Positions 50,431 to 59,861 are shown, counted from the stretch's first letter. The stretch is 64,000 nt of DNA from Candidatus Marinacidobacterales bacterium (GCA_965226495.1 OZ245365.1:5408001-5472000), one strand, 5' to 3'. The notes: generated from the sequence alone by a model not told the origin. A program made the numbers and translations.

Positions 50431-50859
50431 TCACTTTTCAGAAGGTACGATTCGGGCCACCCGGGAAAGCGGGTGGCCTTTCGCATTTATCTCGAGCGTA
50501 TTGAACCAACCGAACGGAATTCTGGAAACGCTCAGCCCGTCTCCGCTGAGCGCCTCGCCCAACGACTGCATCGCGCGGACCGCGATTTTCGGACTGGACA
50601 GTTCCCCGAACAAGTGCGCGAAGGGGTTTAGGACAATCCGTCCGACCTTGAGCTGGGAAGCGAGCTTGGCTATTTCGTGACGAGCCGCCTGAACCGCACC
50701 CTCCAAATCTTCCTCGTCTCGCTTTTCGACACTTGCCAGAACAAGAATCGCCTCGTCCGTTTCGACGACTCTGCTTTCGGGCTCCTCGAACACCGGTGAG
50801 CGCCCCCGTTCGGTCATCTCAGAACGAAACGAGTTAACATGAATCAGCAGAAGTCGCAT
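50431..50859 (-). CDS. Free-standing archaeal-type threonyl-tRNA synthetase editing domain
   Basis: MRLLLIH, VEK.DE, PFAHL..ELSSP, PFGW, KGHPL; TTGACA-N18-TATGCT promoter upstream. Confidence 0.88.
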   Translation of the reverse strand: MRLLLIHVNSFRSEMTERGRSPVFEEPESRVVETDEAILVLASVEKRDEEDLEGAVQAARHEIAKLASQLKVGRIVLNPFAHLFGELSSPKIAVRAMQSLGEALSGDGLSVSRIPFGWFNTLEINAKGHPLSRVARIVPSEK

Positions 50860-51038
50860 TGCCAAGCAGCATAGGAGCGCCCGTGGCAGGATGTCAAGAT
50901 GTCGTTTTCCTGTTTAGAATAGGGGCCCCTGACTAAGTTGCATATAGCAACGCGGTTGATTGGGTGCCCCTCAGAAGGCTCGCGCCAAGAGTCCACAGGA
51001 GCCCGATAAGAGATGGACCAAGCTAGGAGGAGCTCATA

Positions 51039-51797
51039 ATGCGCTCAGCGGTTGTTTTCGTGTTGTTATTGGCTGTGATCTTGGGTGCGCTCTACTTCCT
51101 CTTCTTTCAACCGCAACAAAAGGCGCTCGAAGGTGCGGAACTCGATGCCAGCTTGAGCGCTCAGGAGGCGGCCAAGCTACGGGCTCGGGTCAACGACTTG
51201 GAAAGCATGTTGGGTGACCTGCGACAAACTAGTGCGGAGCTCGAGGCCGCAGTGGAAGAAAGGGAACGAAAACTCGCCGCCATGGTCGCTACCCAAGACG
51301 AGCTACTCGGCGAGCTGGAACAAGAGATCTCCGACGGTCATGTTCAGATCCAGCGCCTGCAGGGCATGCTCCGCGTAGATATGGTAGATGAGATATTGTT
51401 CGACTCGGGTGAAGCGACGGTCAAGCCGGCGGGCCAGGAAATTCTATCTCGCATTGGGACCGTCTTGAAGAAGGCAGACGACCGCCAAGTCGTCGTGCAC
51501 GGCCACACCGACAACGTCCAAATCGTCGGGCGACTGGCGGAGCGTTTTCCGAGCAACTGGGAATTATCCGCGGCTCGCGCGGTCAACGTGACGCGATTTC
51601 TCCAGGATGAGGTTGGGATGGATCCATTGCGATTGGGTGCTGCCGGCTTTTCCGAGTACCGTCCTCGCGCCGACAATGACACCGAAGAGGGGCGTCAGAT
51701 GAATCGCCGCATCGAGATTGTCCTCTCCCCCATTCCCGACGAGCCGAAGGACCTGGACAAGGGCGGCGAGCTGGACAGGTCGGACAAGCAAAACTAA
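51039..51797 (+). CDS. OmpA/MotB-family peptidoglycan-binding membrane protein
   Basis: TM segment plus coiled coil, ILFDSGEA, GHTDN, NWELSAARA, NRRIEI. Confidence 0.92.
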   Translation: MRSAVVFVLLLAVILGALYFLFFQPQQKALEGAELDASLSAQEAAKLRARVNDLESMLGDLRQTSAELEAAVEERERKLAAMVATQDELLGELEQEISDGHVQIQRLQGMLRVDMVDEILFDSGEATVKPAGQEILSRIGTVLKKADDRQVVVHGHTDNVQIVGRLAERFPSNWELSAARAVNVTRFLQDEVGMDPLRLGAAGFSEYRPRADNDTEEGRQMNRRIEIVLSPIPDEPKDLDKGGELDRSDKQN

Positions 51798-51798
51798 C

Positions 51799-52725
51799 TC
51801 ACGACTGGGAGACGAGCGCAAGCTCAGAAAGCGTCTGGCGCACCTTGTCCACCTCTTCCTCGGTCAGAGGTAGAATCGGCGGCCGCGGGTACCCACCGGG
51901 TAGGTTCCTCAGGTTCAAGGCGGTCTTGAAAATCGCTTGTGGCGAGCCGAACTTCATGGAGTAATCGGGATTGATCCAGTCCTCGAAGAGTTTTCGATCT
52001 CGCGCCCCCGACCGACGCGCCTTCTCGAGATCGCCTGCCCACACATGGTTGAAAAAATTGGGGTGGTCGGCGCCGAGTACGGCACCGGCACCGATCGTCC
52101 CGTCGCCCCCATGTCGCTCGACGAGCGTGATGCCGAGCTCCGACATCGGAATGCCGAAGTAACGGGCACGATCTTTCAAGGCAAAGAATCCGTCCAGAAA
52201 TCGTCCGATCTCTCCCGTCGAGTTCTTGATGGCGACGACAGTATCGAGCTCGGTCAATTGCTCGAGCGTCTTGGTATCCATATCGACGTTGGTCCCCCGC
52301 GGCCAGTTGTAGACGCAAATAGGTATCGCGACGGCTTCCGAAACGGTACGGTAGAACTGCACGATCTCCCGGTTACTGGGGACCACATAGGGAGGTGGCG
52401 TTAGAAGAATTCCGTCGAGTCCAACTTCTTTGGCGGCCTGGGCATATTCAATCGCCTCTCGAGGTGTGTACGCGTTGCAACCACCCAAGATCGGAATTCG
52501 ACCGCGAATCTGCCCCGCCGCCAAACGAAAGAGCTCCTTCCGCTCCTCCGGCGACAGGCTGAACCACTCACCGGTGGTCCCGGCGACGGCCACCCCGTGC
52601 ATACCCTCCGATACCATCCATTCCAAGAGCTCCTGCCATGCGGCGCGATCCAGCTCGCCATCCGCGGTAAAGGGTGTGGTGACCGCTGGCAGGTAACCTT
52701 TCCATTCAACGGAATTCCGATCCAA
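51799..52725 (-). CDS. DapA/NanA-family lyase or deaminase (LhpC-like)
   Basis: WKGYLPAVTTPF, GTTGE, YNWP, AIKNS, GYPRPP. Confidence 0.88.
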   Translation of the reverse strand: MDRNSVEWKGYLPAVTTPFTADGELDRAAWQELLEWMVSEGMHGVAVAGTTGEWFSLSPEERKELFRLAAGQIRGRIPILGGCNAYTPREAIEYAQAAKEVGLDGILLTPPPYVVPSNREIVQFYRTVSEAVAIPICVYNWPRGTNVDMDTKTLEQLTELDTVVAIKNSTGEIGRFLDGFFALKDRARYFGIPMSELGITLVERHGGDGTIGAGAVLGADHPNFFNHVWAGDLEKARRSGARDRKLFEDWINPDYSMKFGSPQAIFKTALNLRNLPGGYPRPPILPLTEEEVDKVRQTLSELALVSQS

Positions 52726-52801
52726 CCTGGTGCCTCCGAAATCGTGTTATAAACGCCGGGACGATGGGCAACCTACGCGGGGAGTCTAACCCAACTCGCT
52801 T

Positions 52802-54235
52802 ATGAAGACACCACAAGCCTCGAGCGCTGAAGCCCTACCGCCCCTGCACTTCTACGGCGGTCTTCCTGGCACTCTTGCGCCGTTCTTTCTTTACTTGGTG
52901 GGTGTCGCGTGGCTCGCCTTTTCGGGAGCGCCCGACGAGCGCGGGTTCTGGCCCATCATCCTCGCCGCCATTACACTCGGTCTCCTTCTCGCCACCGACC
53001 GTACGACGTATTGCGAGGTCTTGATCAAGGGGATGAGCCAGCCCATCACCTCGATCATGATCATGGCTTGGTTGTTGGCGGGAGTGCTGGGCTCCTTAAT
53101 GAACGCCTCTGGGTTCGTCGAAGCCCTGGTCTGGTTGGCACGCCAAGTCGGTCTGTCGGGGGGCGGGTTTGTCGGCGCGGCTTTCATCATCAGTGCCATT
53201 GTTTCGACATCAACGGGGACCAGCTTCGGAACGATTTTTCTTTGTGGCCCTCTGCTCTATCCCGCCGGGGGTGCGCTGGGCGCAAACCCAGCAGTTCTCG
53301 TCGGGGCGATCATTGGGGGCGCGACCTTCGGCGACAACGTCTCCCCGATCTCCGATACCACCATCGCGTCTGCTCTAAGCCAACTCGCCGATATCGGGGG
53401 CGTGGTGAGGAGTCGACTCAAATACGCATTGCCGGCGGCTGGGGTCGCTTTGCTTCTATACATAGCCTTTGGCACCGCAGACGGTGCCTCCACTCCAAGC
53501 GAGGCCGGACTCTCGGAGGGAAATCCCGGCGGCTTCCCCATGTTGATCGTGCCGGTGTTGGTGATCACCCTCTTACTCAAGAAACGTCACCTCATTGAAG
53601 GGCTTCTGTTCGGAATATTGGGGGGCTCGCTCATCGGCCTCGCTTTCGGTCTTCTGAAGCCTTCCCAATTTCTGTACATCGACGCGGAGAATTTCATTGC
53701 CCGTGGAATCATTCTGGATGGCCTCGAGCGCGGACTCGGCATCTCGGTACTCACCCTTTTATTGATGGGCTTGGTGACTTCTCTTCAAGCAACAGGTGTC
53801 TTGAATCGCATCGTCGAGTTCGCGCAGAAACGAAGCAAGACACCGCGCGGGGCGGAATGGTGGATTTTCGGCGCCGTGTCGTCGGCGGTATTGCTGACGA
53901 TGCATAGCGTGGTTGCCATTCTGACAGTGGGTGAGTTCTCCCGCAAGACAGGAGGGCGTTTCGGAATCTCTTCCTATCGCCGGGCCAACATTCTCGATGT
54001 CACCACTTCCTCTTTTCCCTTCATCCTCCCGTGGTTCATTCCCACCATTCTGGCGGCCGGTACGACGGTCTCCGGTGAGGGGTTTGGAATGCCGCGCGTC
54101 TCGCCCCTCGACACCGGCCTCAACAACTTCCATTCCTGGATGCTGCTGGTCATGATCGTGCTCGCCATTTGGAGTGGTTACGGCAGGACGTTCGTTCCCG
54201 ACAAGGTCAACGGAAGCAGCGAAGAAACAAACTAG
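52802..54235 (+). CDS. NhaC-family transporter
   Basis: STGTSFGT, GATFGDNVSPISDTTIAS, multiple TM segments. Confidence 0.88.
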   Translation: MKTPQASSAEALPPLHFYGGLPGTLAPFFLYLVGVAWLAFSGAPDERGFWPIILAAITLGLLLATDRTTYCEVLIKGMSQPITSIMIMAWLLAGVLGSLMNASGFVEALVWLARQVGLSGGGFVGAAFIISAIVSTSTGTSFGTIFLCGPLLYPAGGALGANPAVLVGAIIGGATFGDNVSPISDTTIASALSQLADIGGVVRSRLKYALPAAGVALLLYIAFGTADGASTPSEAGLSEGNPGGFPMLIVPVLVITLLLKKRHLIEGLLFGILGGSLIGLAFGLLKPSQFLYIDAENFIARGIILDGLERGLGISVLTLLLMGLVTSLQATGVLNRIVEFAQKRSKTPRGAEWWIFGAVSSAVLLTMHSVVAILTVGEFSRKTGGRFGISSYRRANILDVTTSSFPFILPWFIPTILAAGTTVSGEGFGMPRVSPLDTGLNNFHSWMLLVMIVLAIWSGYGRTFVPDKVNGSSEETN

Positions 54236-55749
54236 CTGCGCTCACCACCGGTCGTTTCATCCCAATAGCGGGCCAGGTCGGCGAGCGGTACTGGCTTGGT
54301 CGGCGGCCTGGCGGTAAACGAACCGATATCAGAAAAGTCATTTCCGCTTTGGGCCGCGATCAACGCCGCGACGCTGAGTGCGCAAAACCGACCCTGGCAT
54401 GGCCCCATGCCGGCGCGCGTAAAGAGCTTGACGGCGTTGGCGGTACCGAGGTGCGGATTTTCGCGAAGCGCTTGCCTGACTTGCCCGCACGAAATCTCTT
54501 CACAGCGACAGAGGACCGTTTTGTCCGACATCAGTCCTGCCAGGGCATCGAATCGTGGGGCGGCGAACTCTTGGAGGGCTCGTGCAAAGCGCCGCTCCCG
54601 GCGGAGCTTCCTTCGAATCGGGGCCGCCAGTTGGCTAGCCCGCCCCGCACCGACCCTCCCGAGGTCTCTCAGGAGACCGATCGCGGCCAGGCGCCCTTCC
54701 GAGATAGCGACGTCGGCTCCCGCTACTCCGGTGATTTCACCTGCGAGATAAATGTACGGCTCAGTCGATCGCATCCACTCGTCGTGCTCTAGAACCCACC
54801 CCCCCTCACGCGGACTCCACCGCGGACGGCAGCCGGCTTGTCGACCGAGCTCGGTGGAGGCTACAAAGCCGTAATTCAGACCGATGGTGTCACACGGGAT
54901 GGTCTCCTCGGTCCCGGGTATCACGTCCCAGGCATCGTCGACCGAAGCAACGACCGCACGCTCGACTTCGCCGTGCCCTTCCGCGCCGATGATGATCTTT
55001 CCGAACGAGACCGGAACTCCTGCTCGATCGAGGCGTCTCCACGCCGCCAGCGATTGCGCGAGTTTCTCCCAACTCGTCCAAACGTTCGGGAGCTGCTTTA
55101 TCGCATCAAAGAACGACGGCCTCGACTGGGCGAAGAAGACGCCACCGATCTCCGCTCCCTCATTGAGCAGCTGGTCGGCGATCAAGATCTGAAGGGGGTG
55201 CGCTCCCACGAAGCAGAACCGATTGCCCGGCAAGAAGCGCTGGCTTTTGACGAAGGCTTGTATCCCACCTGCCGCCATCACCCCGGGCAATGTCCATTCA
55301 GGGAATGCCACTGGCAGATCGAAGGCCCCCGGAGCGAGCAGCACCCGCCTCGCACGGAGAAGGTCCACGCCTCGCTCCCCAGATAGGGCAACTGCCATTG
55401 CCGCCGCGGACTCGCCGGCGGCGGCGGGGGTCAGCGTCATCGCTCCTGGCGATCGAACTCCAGAGACGCCCTCGACTCCGAGGGGGAACAGTCCCCACAC
55501 GGTGGTTTCGAGTCGATAACGGAGCTTCTTCTCGGAGGCGGCTCGCAAGATTTCCTTGCCAAGGGCCTGGGTCTTGCCGACGCCGCGGTCGTTAACGTCA
55601 AAGGTCTTCGGGGGCTGACGGTAGATCTGTCCCCCGGGTCTGGCCTGTTCGTCGAGCAACACCGCATCGACTCCGTGCTCGGCGAGGATCAACGCGGCGG
55701 CCAACCCCCCCGGTCCGGCCCCTACGATCGCAACGTCAGCGCGCTCCAC
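54232..55749 (-). CDS. FAD/NAD(P) oxidoreductase with C-terminal BFD-like 2Fe-2S domain (HcnB/OoxA/LhpF-like)
   Basis: GAGPGG, GGQIYRQ, WTLPGVM, CRCEEI, TRAGMGPCQGRFC, RPP.KPV. Confidence 0.9.
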   Translation of the reverse strand: MERADVAIVGAGPGGLAAALILAEHGVDAVLLDEQARPGGQIYRQPPKTFDVNDRGVGKTQALGKEILRAASEKKLRYRLETTVWGLFPLGVEGVSGVRSPGAMTLTPAAAGESAAAMAVALSGERGVDLLRARRVLLAPGAFDLPVAFPEWTLPGVMAAGGIQAFVKSQRFLPGNRFCFVGAHPLQILIADQLLNEGAEIGGVFFAQSRPSFFDAIKQLPNVWTSWEKLAQSLAAWRRLDRAGVPVSFGKIIIGAEGHGEVERAVVASVDDAWDVIPGTEETIPCDTIGLNYGFVASTELGRQAGCRPRWSPREGGWVLEHDEWMRSTEPYIYLAGEITGVAGADVAISEGRLAAIGLLRDLGRVGAGRASQLAAPIRRKLRRERRFARALQEFAAPRFDALAGLMSDKTVLCRCEEISCGQVRQALRENPHLGTANAVKLFTRAGMGPCQGRFCALSVAALIAAQSGNDFSDIGSFTARPPTKPVPLADLARYWDETTGGERS

Positions 55750-56035
55750 GTACTCCTCCGGCCCCTCCGGTCACGACCTTCATTCCTGGCCGAACCACCA
55801 TCATGCAAGATCGCAAAGCCGCCACACCGTCCACGGTCACGACGCAATCGAAACAGACTCCCATGTTGCAAAAGGGACCCCGCGGTGAGCCTCCTTCAGT
55901 GCGCCGGAGAGTGCGCCTACCGGAGGCGAGGATCGCGGTTGCCAAGGACTCGCCGGGATACGCCTCGACGTGTTCACCGTCGATCTCGATGACGATCGGC
56001 GGTGGTCGCTCCGTGTCTCTCTCGAGGCGCCGCAT
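55736..56035 (-). CDS. 2Fe-2S subunit (HcnA/LhpE-like)
   Basis: GESLATAI, PRGPFCNMGVCFDC.V.VDG...RSC...V.PGM. Confidence 0.9.
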   Translation of the reverse strand: MRRLERDTERPPPIVIEIDGEHVEAYPGESLATAILASGRRTLRRTEGGSPRGPFCNMGVCFDCVVTVDGVAALRSCMMVVRPGMKVVTGGAGGVRGAR

Positions 56036-56037
56036 GA

Positions 56038-57231
56038 CTACACAGGGTTCAAGTGATCGAGGCGATGGGGACTGTAAATATCCATGGGCAACGAAGACCG
56101 TCCCTTCAGAATCTGTTCGCTCAACAACCGTGCGTACGTAAGTCCAATGGTGAAGCCGGAGCCGCCGACGGCCACGAAGAGTCCGGGACGGCGACGGATC
56201 TCCCCCAAGACGGGGACCTGATCGGGGGTCACCCCGACGATCCCGGACCACGTGCGTAGGAGCCGCAGATCGCGTATGGCTGGTACTACCCGAGATGCCA
56301 GCGAGGCACTCCCCGACAAGGAACCAAACAAGAGCTCCGGAGAAGCGTCGATGTCCGCGTAATGCGCTCGACGACGAAGCCAGGCAGGCCATCCTCCACC
56401 GATGAGCACGTTCCCATCTCGCATCTGCTTCATTGAGAGACGGCGTCCCACGTGTTGTACGAGGTGAGAGACGGTTGGTGAGACGGCTTCAGTCGCCATC
56501 ATACTAAGCGCGACTGGAATTACCGGAAGATTCACGTTCGCCAACGCGGCCACGCGGCCGGTCCACGCGCCGGCCATCACGAGAACGGTCTCCGTCTCGA
56601 GATCGAGACCGGACTCGGTTCGCACCTTCCACTTGCCGCCGCGGCGAGCAAGGCGGTTTACCGTTTGGTTGGTAATCACCTCGGCCCCCAGCCGCTTAGC
56701 CGCCCGGGCGAGTGCGGGTGCAATGAGCCGCGGGTTGGCGTGGCCCTCTTCGGAAAAATATCCGGCCGCCTGGATCGTTTTGGAAAGATAGGGTGCCATC
56801 TTTCGCGCCTCGTCTCCGGTGAGGAGCTCGGTTTCTAGATCCCACTTACTCTCGAGCGCTTTCTTCTTCTCCAACAATTCGACTTCTTCGCGAGTCTCGG
56901 CGACGATGAAACCGCCTTCTTGTATAATTTCGAGATCTTCATCGAGCTCAGACTCCAGCCTGCGCCACCTGTCGACAGCGTCGTGCACCAGCGGGATGGA
57001 AAGAGCAAACTGCTCCGCCAGCGCGTCGCCGTGCTCGACCATCCGGTGCTCGAGTTGGAAGTGAAGGCTGCCCGCATTCTGACCCGAAGCCTGGCGATTG
57101 AGCTGTTCTTTCTCTAGAAGAACCACCCGAGCGCCCCCTTGAGCCAGGTAGTAGGAAGCGGCGCAACCCAACAGGCCTCCGCCTATTACAACGACATCGG
57201 TGCGCGAGCTAACGGATTTTTGAAGATTCAA
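56038..57231 (-). CDS. DadA-family FAD-dependent oxidoreductase (HcnC/OoxB/LhpB-like)
   Basis: VIGGGLLG, ASGQNAG, AGAWT, RTWSG...TPD..PVLG. Confidence 0.9.
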   Translation of the reverse strand: MNLQKSVSSRTDVVVIGGGLLGCAASYYLAQGGARVVLLEKEQLNRQASGQNAGSLHFQLEHRMVEHGDALAEQFALSIPLVHDAVDRWRRLESELDEDLEIIQEGGFIVAETREEVELLEKKKALESKWDLETELLTGDEARKMAPYLSKTIQAAGYFSEEGHANPRLIAPALARAAKRLGAEVITNQTVNRLARRGGKWKVRTESGLDLETETVLVMAGAWTGRVAALANVNLPVIPVALSMMATEAVSPTVSHLVQHVGRRLSMKQMRDGNVLIGGGWPAWLRRRAHYADIDASPELLFGSLSGSASLASRVVPAIRDLRLLRTWSGIVGVTPDQVPVLGEIRRRPGLFVAVGGSGFTIGLTYARLLSEQILKGRSSLPMDIYSPHRLDHLNPV

Positions 57232-57283
57232 AGGAAGCTTAGTGTATCTCCGTCAACCACTTGATTGAAGTAGAATCTCCCCG

Positions 57284-57850
57284 ATGCCCCGACGCCCGAA
57301 GCGCCTGACCGTAATGAGCGGATATTGCGCCGTGGCACCCGACCATCCGTTTCATGGGCCGTACCACGACCGGGAGTACGGCTTTCCCATTCGCAAGGAC
57401 AATCTACTTCTCGAGCGCCTAGTGCTCGAAATCAATCAGGCCGGGCTATCTTGGTTGACCATCCTAAAGAAGAGAGACAACTTCCGGGTCGCTTTCGACG
57501 AATTCGAAGTCGACCGGGTGGCGGGATACCGAAACCGGGAGCGGTCTCGCCTCCTAAAAGACGCGGGCATTATTCGCAATCGCCTGAAAGTGAACGCGGT
57601 CATCGAAAACGCGCGGCGACTCGTCGCCATCCGTGAGAGCCACGGCGGCTTCGCCAAGTGGCTGGACGCGCATCACCCCCTCAGCAAGGCCGAGTGGGTG
57701 AAGTTGTTCAAGCAAACCTTCCTTTTTACTGGCGGCGAGATCACCGGAGAGTTCCTTCTGAGCACCGGCTACTTGAAGGGCGCTCACGTACCCGCTTGCC
57801 CGGTGTACAAACGGGTGGCTCGTTTGAAACCGCCGTGGATGCGCAAATAG
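57284..57850 (+). CDS. tag: DNA-3-methyladenine glycosylase I
   Basis: YHD.EYG, EINQAGLSW.TIL.KR, GIIRNRLK..A...NA, GAH...C. Confidence 0.94.
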   Translation: MPRRPKRLTVMSGYCAVAPDHPFHGPYHDREYGFPIRKDNLLLERLVLEINQAGLSWLTILKKRDNFRVAFDEFEVDRVAGYRNRERSRLLKDAGIIRNRLKVNAVIENARRLVAIRESHGGFAKWLDAHHPLSKAEWVKLFKQTFLFTGGEITGEFLLSTGYLKGAHVPACPVYKRVARLKPPWMRK

Positions 57851-57944
57851 TACGGGGTGTCCTGGGGCCGGGCCCTGCCTTATCCGATTAGTGCGCCTCT
57901 CGCCGACGCTCGGCTGACAGGGTCCGACCCTAGGTTCTAATTGG

Positions 57945-58014
57945 AGCCCTCAGCTCGCGCGCAGTCGCCTGCCGACGAAGCGCGGGAGCCTGGGGGTGGG
58001 GCCCCAGGCATTAA
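57945..58014. repeat. REP-like repeat (GGGGTGGGGCCCC family)
   Basis: AGCCCTCAGC...GCCTGGGGGTGGGGCCCCAGGCATTAA, resembling 16773-16863 and 45610-45650. Confidence 0.7.
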
Positions 58015-58415
58015 TTAAACGTCACGCTGTGGGTGTGCGCTAGGTTGTTCGTGGACGTCGCGACCACCTGTTGACCGCTGCCGATCTGCGTGAGCTCGGC
58101 GCCGGTTAGATCCACGGTGTGGGTATGGTTGCCGTCCCCCCTGATGTCCAACGACACATCATTGCCAGCGTCTACTTGAGCATCAGTCACCGTCGCGATG
58201 TGGCCGTGGTTGGCCGAAACCCTTCCGTCGACACCGCCGGCATTCCCCCCTCCACCACCTCCGCCACCTCCGTTGCCACCATCACCCCCGTTGCTGGGAG
58301 TGGTGGGTGAGCTACTGTCCGAGCCGCACCCCGTAACGGTGATGACGACACTACTCAGAAGTGCCAGGACGGACTCTCGCGTGAACTGCCGTCGGCTCAG
58401 TAATTGGTCATCCAT
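58011..58415 (-). CDS. His-rich Tat lipoprotein
   Basis: SRRQF Tat motif, VTGC lipobox, Gly linker, NHGH / NHTH / AHTH motifs; AAGGAG RBS. Confidence 0.85.
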   Translation of the reverse strand: MDDQLLSRRQFTRESVLALLSSVVITVTGCGSDSSSPTTPSNGGDGGNGGGGGGGGGNAGGVDGRVSANHGHIATVTDAQVDAGNDVSLDIRGDGNHTHTVDLTGAELTQIGSGQQVVATSTNNLAHTHSVTFN

Positions 58416-58484
58416 GCTTTTTGTCTCCTTTGGTGAACATTCCTTGTTCGGCGCTCAGATTCGCGTCAGCGTCAATCTCAAAAG

Positions 58485-58500
58485 TGCAAGGTGGATGCCA
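58485..58500 (-). promoter_or_regulatory. Sigma-54 promoter (copy 1)
   Basis: TGGCATCCACCTTGCA = GG-N10-GC. Confidence 0.8.
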
Positions 58501-58849
58501 AAGGTAAGTGCCCAAAAGTGAAGGAGGTAGCGGGTCAGGGACCGGCCGTGCCTTACCATTTACGTAAGCAGATTACGTTTCTGGAAATAGGGAGAAGCCA
58601 ACCGACACCGGGGCGATAGGTTTGTCGAGCGGCTCGGGGACAATGGGCCTGCGTCATCAAAAAGTGCGTTTTGTAGATGGACCCAATACAGAGGCTCGAG
58701 GAGCGCCGGGGTGCCATCCTGGAACAGATACGCTCCATAAGGAGAGATTCTTTCACCCGGGCTGCGCCGGATGATGGCGCGTGCGGGCCAGGAAGAGCAC
58801 TGTCAGGGAAGGCCGTGACGACCTGAAGATATACGCGGGCATCGAGGTG

Positions 58850-58900
58850 AGCGCCAAGGACGTCCTCCGTCAGAGATATGCGGAAGGCGAGCTTAGCTGA
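58850..58900 (+). pseudogene. SHOCT-domain remnant
   Basis: Translates SAKDVLRQRYAEGELS*; truncated, with no clear start. Confidence 0.5.
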
Positions 58901-59062
58901 CCCGCAACCTCGACACGAGCACCGTGCCCGACTATGCGAACCATCCCCTGAAAGCTTTCCTGGAAAGGGGACTGCTGGCTAATCACCACCGATACCCCGG
59001 CGCTGAGCGGTATCGTCTGGCGCACGAGTTCAGGGTCGCAGCTCAGTCAATGGCTCGGGCTA

Positions 59063-59114
59063 CAAAACAGGAGAGGAGGGACATCAAGAGGAGAGGGCGC
59101 GCCCCTCCTCTCCT
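59063..59114 (-). terminator. Probable intrinsic terminator after the CHRD gene
   Basis: Minus strand AGGAGAGGAGGG...CCCTCCTCTCCT followed by GTTTT. Confidence 0.5.
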
Positions 59115-59152
59115 TGGAATGGAGAACTCAGCCGCGGCGACTTACCGGGCAG

Positions 59153-59602
59153 CTATCTTTGCAAAACGAGATAGATCTGCCCTCTGATTTCCCCGGCAGG
59201 ATGAATATCGCTGTGAACGTTGATGTACAGGAGCCCACGATTGAGAGCGTCCCGCTCCTCCTCGGTGAAAGGCCCGACGAAACCGAATTTCGGACTACCC
59301 AGCCGGTCGGAGCCCGGGTTGACGAGACCGAAGAGCACCCCTGCGGGCTTTCTTTTCACCGCGGGACCGTGAATGTGCGCTGCCGTTTCGGTTCCCTCCA
59401 GTCCTCGAAAGGTCAGCTCGTAGAAAAGCAAATTGGTCGTTTTGTTATACGTTGCGGAAAAGACACCGAGGGCATTGCTGCGGTTTCGGGGCAATGCCTG
59501 ACCCGCGCTCAGGACGGCGATGTAATCATCAGCAAGAGCAGGTAGGGGGTAAGCGGCGAGTAGCGCCGCGACTATTATCGCAAAAGACACGTTCCTCTTC
59601 AT
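59153..59602 (-). CDS. Secreted CHRD-domain protein
   Basis: Signal peptide, TAAHIHGPA, GLLYINVHS..HPAGEIRGQ; AAGGAGG RBS. Confidence 0.93.
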   Translation of the reverse strand: MKRNVSFAIIVAALLAAYPLPALADDYIAVLSAGQALPRNRSNALGVFSATYNKTTNLLFYELTFRGLEGTETAAHIHGPAVKRKPAGVLFGLVNPGSDRLGSPKFGFVGPFTEEERDALNRGLLYINVHSDIHPAGEIRGQIYLVLQR

Positions 59603-59771
59603 GTTAATCCTCCTTGCACTTAGACTTAGTATTTGCGCGAGACTTTGAGAGTTGCTTCAAGCGAGGGGAGGAGCCTGATACCAATTCCGTCAAGTCGTTG
59701 GAACTCCCCAGCGTAAGGACTGGCCTGACCCCCTCCCCCATCCAAGGGCGACACCTTGCACAAGCGGAGCG

Positions 59772-59861
59772 TCACCCCGTAACGGTGATGACGACACCAC
59801 TCAAAAGTGCCAAGACCGACTCGCGCGTGAACTGTCGTGGGCTCAGTAGTTGGCCATCCAT
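59772..59861 (-). pseudogene. Truncated duplicate of the Tat-lipoprotein 5' end
   Basis: MDGQLLSPRQFTRESVLALLSGVVITVTG*; RR changed to PR and TGA at the lipobox Cys position. Confidence 0.85.

Noticed and set aside
51039-51797. Flagellar stator motB
   Set aside because: No motA partner and no conserved TM Asp; called only as OmpA/MotB family.
54232-57231. HCN synthase (hcnABC) call
   Set aside because: The family is shared with catabolic oxidases; gene order and the DapA/transporter context favour catabolism.
59772-59774. TGA aligned to a Cys codon in the duplicated lipoprotein leader, as a possible second Sec site
   Set aside because: Homology ends at this codon, the Tat motif is also broken, and the Cys is a lipidation site rather than a redox residue. 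Best read as a pseudogene breakpoint.
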